48,613 nt of DNA. It comes from Promethearchaeota archaeon. Lineage in GTDB: Archaea; Asgardarchaeota; Lokiarchaeia; Sigyniarchaeales; SOKP01. Where the stretch lies: positions 1 to 48,613 of the forward strand of contig JBHLLU010000031.1 in NCBI GenBank assembly GCA_048938895.1. Reading direction: 5' to 3'. Each line of letters begins with the position of its first letter. The stretch's first letter is position 1. A program made the translations under genes and the position numbers. Under the pieces are notes generated by a model. It worked only from the letters and a program-made list of their open reading frames with translations, did not search any database and was not told where the DNA came from. This document shows positions 46,203-48,613 of the stretch, piece after piece.

Positions 46203-48128
46203 ATGGGAAAAACATTAACCGAAAAAGTCATAGAACAACATTTAGTAGAAGGGAAATTAGAGAGAGGCACTGATATAGCCATTAAAATCGATCAGACGTT
46301 AACTCAAGACGCAACAGGTACTATGGCTTATTTACAGTTTGAAGCTATTGGCATTGATCGTGTACAAACTGAATTATCTGTTAGTTATGTGGATCATAAC
46401 ACTCTACAAACTGATTTTAAAAACCCTGATGATCATAGATACCTCCAAAGTATAGCTGCTAAATATGGGCTATACTTTTCTCGACCCGGGAATGGAATTT
46501 GTCATCAGGTCCATTTAGAAAGATTTGCACGACCGGGAAAAACACTTCTAGGAAGTGATAGCCATACTCCTACGGGAGGTGGTGTTGGTTCTATTGCGAT
46601 TGGGGCAGGAGGTCTTGATGTGGCAGCAGCTATGGCAGGAGAAGCCTTCCGTTTAAAGATGCCAAAAATTGTTAATGTATATCTTACCGGTAAATTGCCT
46701 GATTTTGTTTCAGCTAAAGATGTCATTTTGGAAATTTTAAGACGAATTGGTGTTAAAGGTGCAGTCAATAAAGTCTTAGAATATACTGGTCCAGGAATAA
46801 AATCACTGACCGTACCAGAAAGAGGAACTATCACCAATATGGGAACTGAAACAGGTGCTACTACATCGATCTTTCCTTCTGATGAGATCACAAAAGAATT
46901 TTTAAAAGCTCAAGAAAGAGAAGCCCAATGGATCGCATTAGAACCAGATGATGATGCTGAATATGATGAAATAATTGAGATTAATTTAAGTGATCTTGAA
47001 CCTCTAGTTGCCGAACCTCACAGCCCTGGAAATGTAAAAACTGTAAAAGAAATTGAAGGATTAAAAGTTGATCAAGTTTGCATTGGCTCTTGTACGAATT
47101 CTTCCCTAAGAGATCTTAAAGCTGTTGCTAGTATATTAAAGGATAAAACAATTGATGAAAAAACTGTCTTAACTGTCTCAGCAGGCTCACGACAGGTAGT
47201 AGAACATATAATTCATTCAGGAGAAATGTTAGATTTATTAAAAGCGGGTGCTAGGATTTTAGAAAATGCTTGCGGTCCATGTATTGGTATGGGATTAGCT
47301 CCTAAAAGTGATGCTGTTTCCCTAAGAACCTTCAATCGAAATTTTTTAGGCAGATCAGGAACAAGAAGTGCCCAAGTGTATCTTGTGAGTCCTGAAACTG
47401 CCGCAGTCTCCGCTCTTACAGGAAAACTAACTGATCCTAGATCTTTTGGAAAGCTTCCTAAGGGCGAGATGCCAAAGAAATTTTTCGTGAATGATAATAT
47501 GATAATTCCTCCTTTACCTTTTGAGAAGGCAAAAGAAGTGGAAATCGTAAGAGGTCCTAATATTAAACCATTACCGGAGTTTAATCCGTTACCTGATAAG
47601 TTGGAAGGAGAAGTTTTGTTGAAAGTCGAAGATGATATAACAACCGATCATATAATGCCTGCAGGGGCTAATATTCTTCCATTAAGGAGCAATATTCCAG
47701 AAATCAGTAAATATGTCTTTAACGTTATAGATGAATCCTTCCATGATCGTTCATTGGAAAAAAAAGGTGGATTTGTTGTGGGTGGTGATAATTATGGTCA
47801 AGGATCAAGTAGAGAACATGCTGCCATCGCTCCAAAATATCTGGGTCTTAAAGCAGTTATAGTTAAATCTTTCGCTCGTATACATTTAGCTAATCTTGTA
47901 AATTTTGGAATTGTCCCTTTAACATTTGAAAATAAAGGAGATTATGATAAAATAGACCAAGGAGATAAATTTGAAATCGATTTAACGACTTTACAATCTG
48001 GAAAAGTAGTTTTGAAAAACCTTACAAAAAACTTTGAAGTTTCATTAATTCATTCATTAAGTGAAACAGAAATTGAGGTTTTAAAAGCCGGAGGTAAATT
48101 ACCTCATATCAAGCAAAAACATACATAA
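46203..48128 (+). CDS. Aconitate hydratase (compact ~640-aa type)
   Basis: QDATGTMA, DHN, GICHQ, GSDSHT, IGSCTNSS, CGPCIG, FNRNF.GR, TTDHI.P and NYGQGSSREHAA. Confidence 0.93.
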   Translation: MGKTLTEKVIEQHLVEGKLERGTDIAIKIDQTLTQDATGTMAYLQFEAIGIDRVQTELSVSYVDHNTLQTDFKNPDDHRYLQSIAAKYGLYFSRPGNGICHQVHLERFARPGKTLLGSDSHTPTGGGVGSIAIGAGGLDVAAAMAGEAFRLKMPKIVNVYLTGKLPDFVSAKDVILEILRRIGVKGAVNKVLEYTGPGIKSLTVPERGTITNMGTETGATTSIFPSDEITKEFLKAQEREAQWIALEPDDDAEYDEIIEINLSDLEPLVAEPHSPGNVKTVKEIEGLKVDQVCIGSCTNSSLRDLKAVASILKDKTIDEKTVLTVSAGSRQVVEHIIHSGEMLDLLKAGARILENACGPCIGMGLAPKSDAVSLRTFNRNFLGRSGTRSAQVYLVSPETAAVSALTGKLTDPRSFGKLPKGEMPKKFFVNDNMIIPPLPFEKAKEVEIVRGPNIKPLPEFNPLPDKLEGEVLLKVEDDITTDHIMPAGANILPLRSNIPEISKYVFNVIDESFHDRSLEKKGGFVVGGDNYGQGSSREHAAIAPKYLGLKAVIVKSFARIHLANLVNFGIVPLTFENKGDYDKIDQGDKFEIDLTTLQSGKVVLKNLTKNFEVSLIHSLSETEIEVLKAGGKLPHIKQKHT

Positions 48129-48200
48129 TAAACCAATAAATTTTATTTATCTCTTTTTTTTAATATAACTTAAAAAAATAATATATGGTTAAAAAGAAAA

Positions 48201-48347
48201 ATGCCAATAATTCCAATTGAAATTAATGGAGAATTAAAAACACCAAAAATTGATCCCTCTTGTTGGATTTCAGATTCTGCTTGGTTAATAGGTGATGTGA
48301 CAATGGGGGCAGAAAATGTCGTGAAAAACCAACAAGAGAAACCCTAA
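48201..48347 (+). pseudogene. Truncated gamma-carbonic-anhydrase-like (YrdA/LbH) gene
   Basis: MPIIPIEINGELKTPKIDPSCWISDSAWLIGDVTMGAENVV matches the family N-terminus, then stops after 48 aa; I saw no continuation. Confidence 0.65.
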
Positions 48348-48458
48348 GTTTTTTTCTTATTTTTTAAATATTATCTTTTTAGATGCATAGTGATAAAGAA
48401 TTATATACCCAGAGAATTGATCTAAACTTATATAAATCATATATTTGGAGGTTGAATT

Positions 48459-48613
48459 ATGAAAGAGTATAAAGTGGTAACAATTAAAGGAGGTAAGACA
48501 TTAGATAAACTTGTAAATGCTGCTCAGGAAAAATTGGATGAGATGGCAGCTCAAGGCTGTGAATTTAAATTTCTTGATAATATCCTTTGGATTTTCGAAA
48601 GGGAAAAAAGTTA
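48459..48613 (+). CDS. DUF4177-like small protein (reaches the window end)
   Basis: SD GGAGG; MKEYKVV...QEKLDEMAAQGCEF......IFEREK pattern. Confidence 0.65.
   Translation, partial: MKEYKVVTIKGGKTLDKLVNAAQEKLDEMAAQGCEFKFLDNILWIFEREKS

Noticed and set aside
1203-46891. Short ORF-track entries nested in or antisense to longer genes (e.g. 1203-1499, 1686-1886, 9066-9380, 14109-14423, 17292-17561, 20179-20532, 36078-36530, 46505-46891)
   Set aside because: Each overlaps a well-supported gene almost entirely and shows no motifs; these are shadow frames.

Overview
AT-rich, gene-dense archaeal chromosome segment, most likely from an Asgard archaeon (Lokiarchaeia-like). This is inferred from a Rab-like GTPase, a longin-GTPase fusion, an E1/E2/RING/JAMM/Ubl ubiquitin cluster, an SDS22-like LRR protein and NosD-type and SBP5 surface proteins. 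I saw no rRNA, tRNA, CRISPR array or transposase. Five things stand out. (1) A ~570-nt ORF-free region (16690-17263) folds into three long hairpin arms, with a 9-bp long-range loop pairing and a repeated junction motif, directly behind a small gene with a strong SD; it is a candidate undescribed large structured RNA. (2) Six genes encode eight copies of a 2-TM plus left-handed beta-helix module in three types (A, B, C), split or fused, resembling a stand-alone version of the three-repeat terminal domain of Pls/PosA-type NRPSs. (3) A compact, complete ubiquitin-like pathway is headed by a longin-GTPase fusion and includes a membrane-anchored C4C4 RING protein. (4) An unannotated UGA-readthrough (probable selenocysteine) peroxiredoxin-like gene sits beside a heliorhodopsin and UvsE. 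(5) At least one gene apparently starts at ATA/ATT. All family calls come from motif recognition by eye; no searches or folding programs were run.
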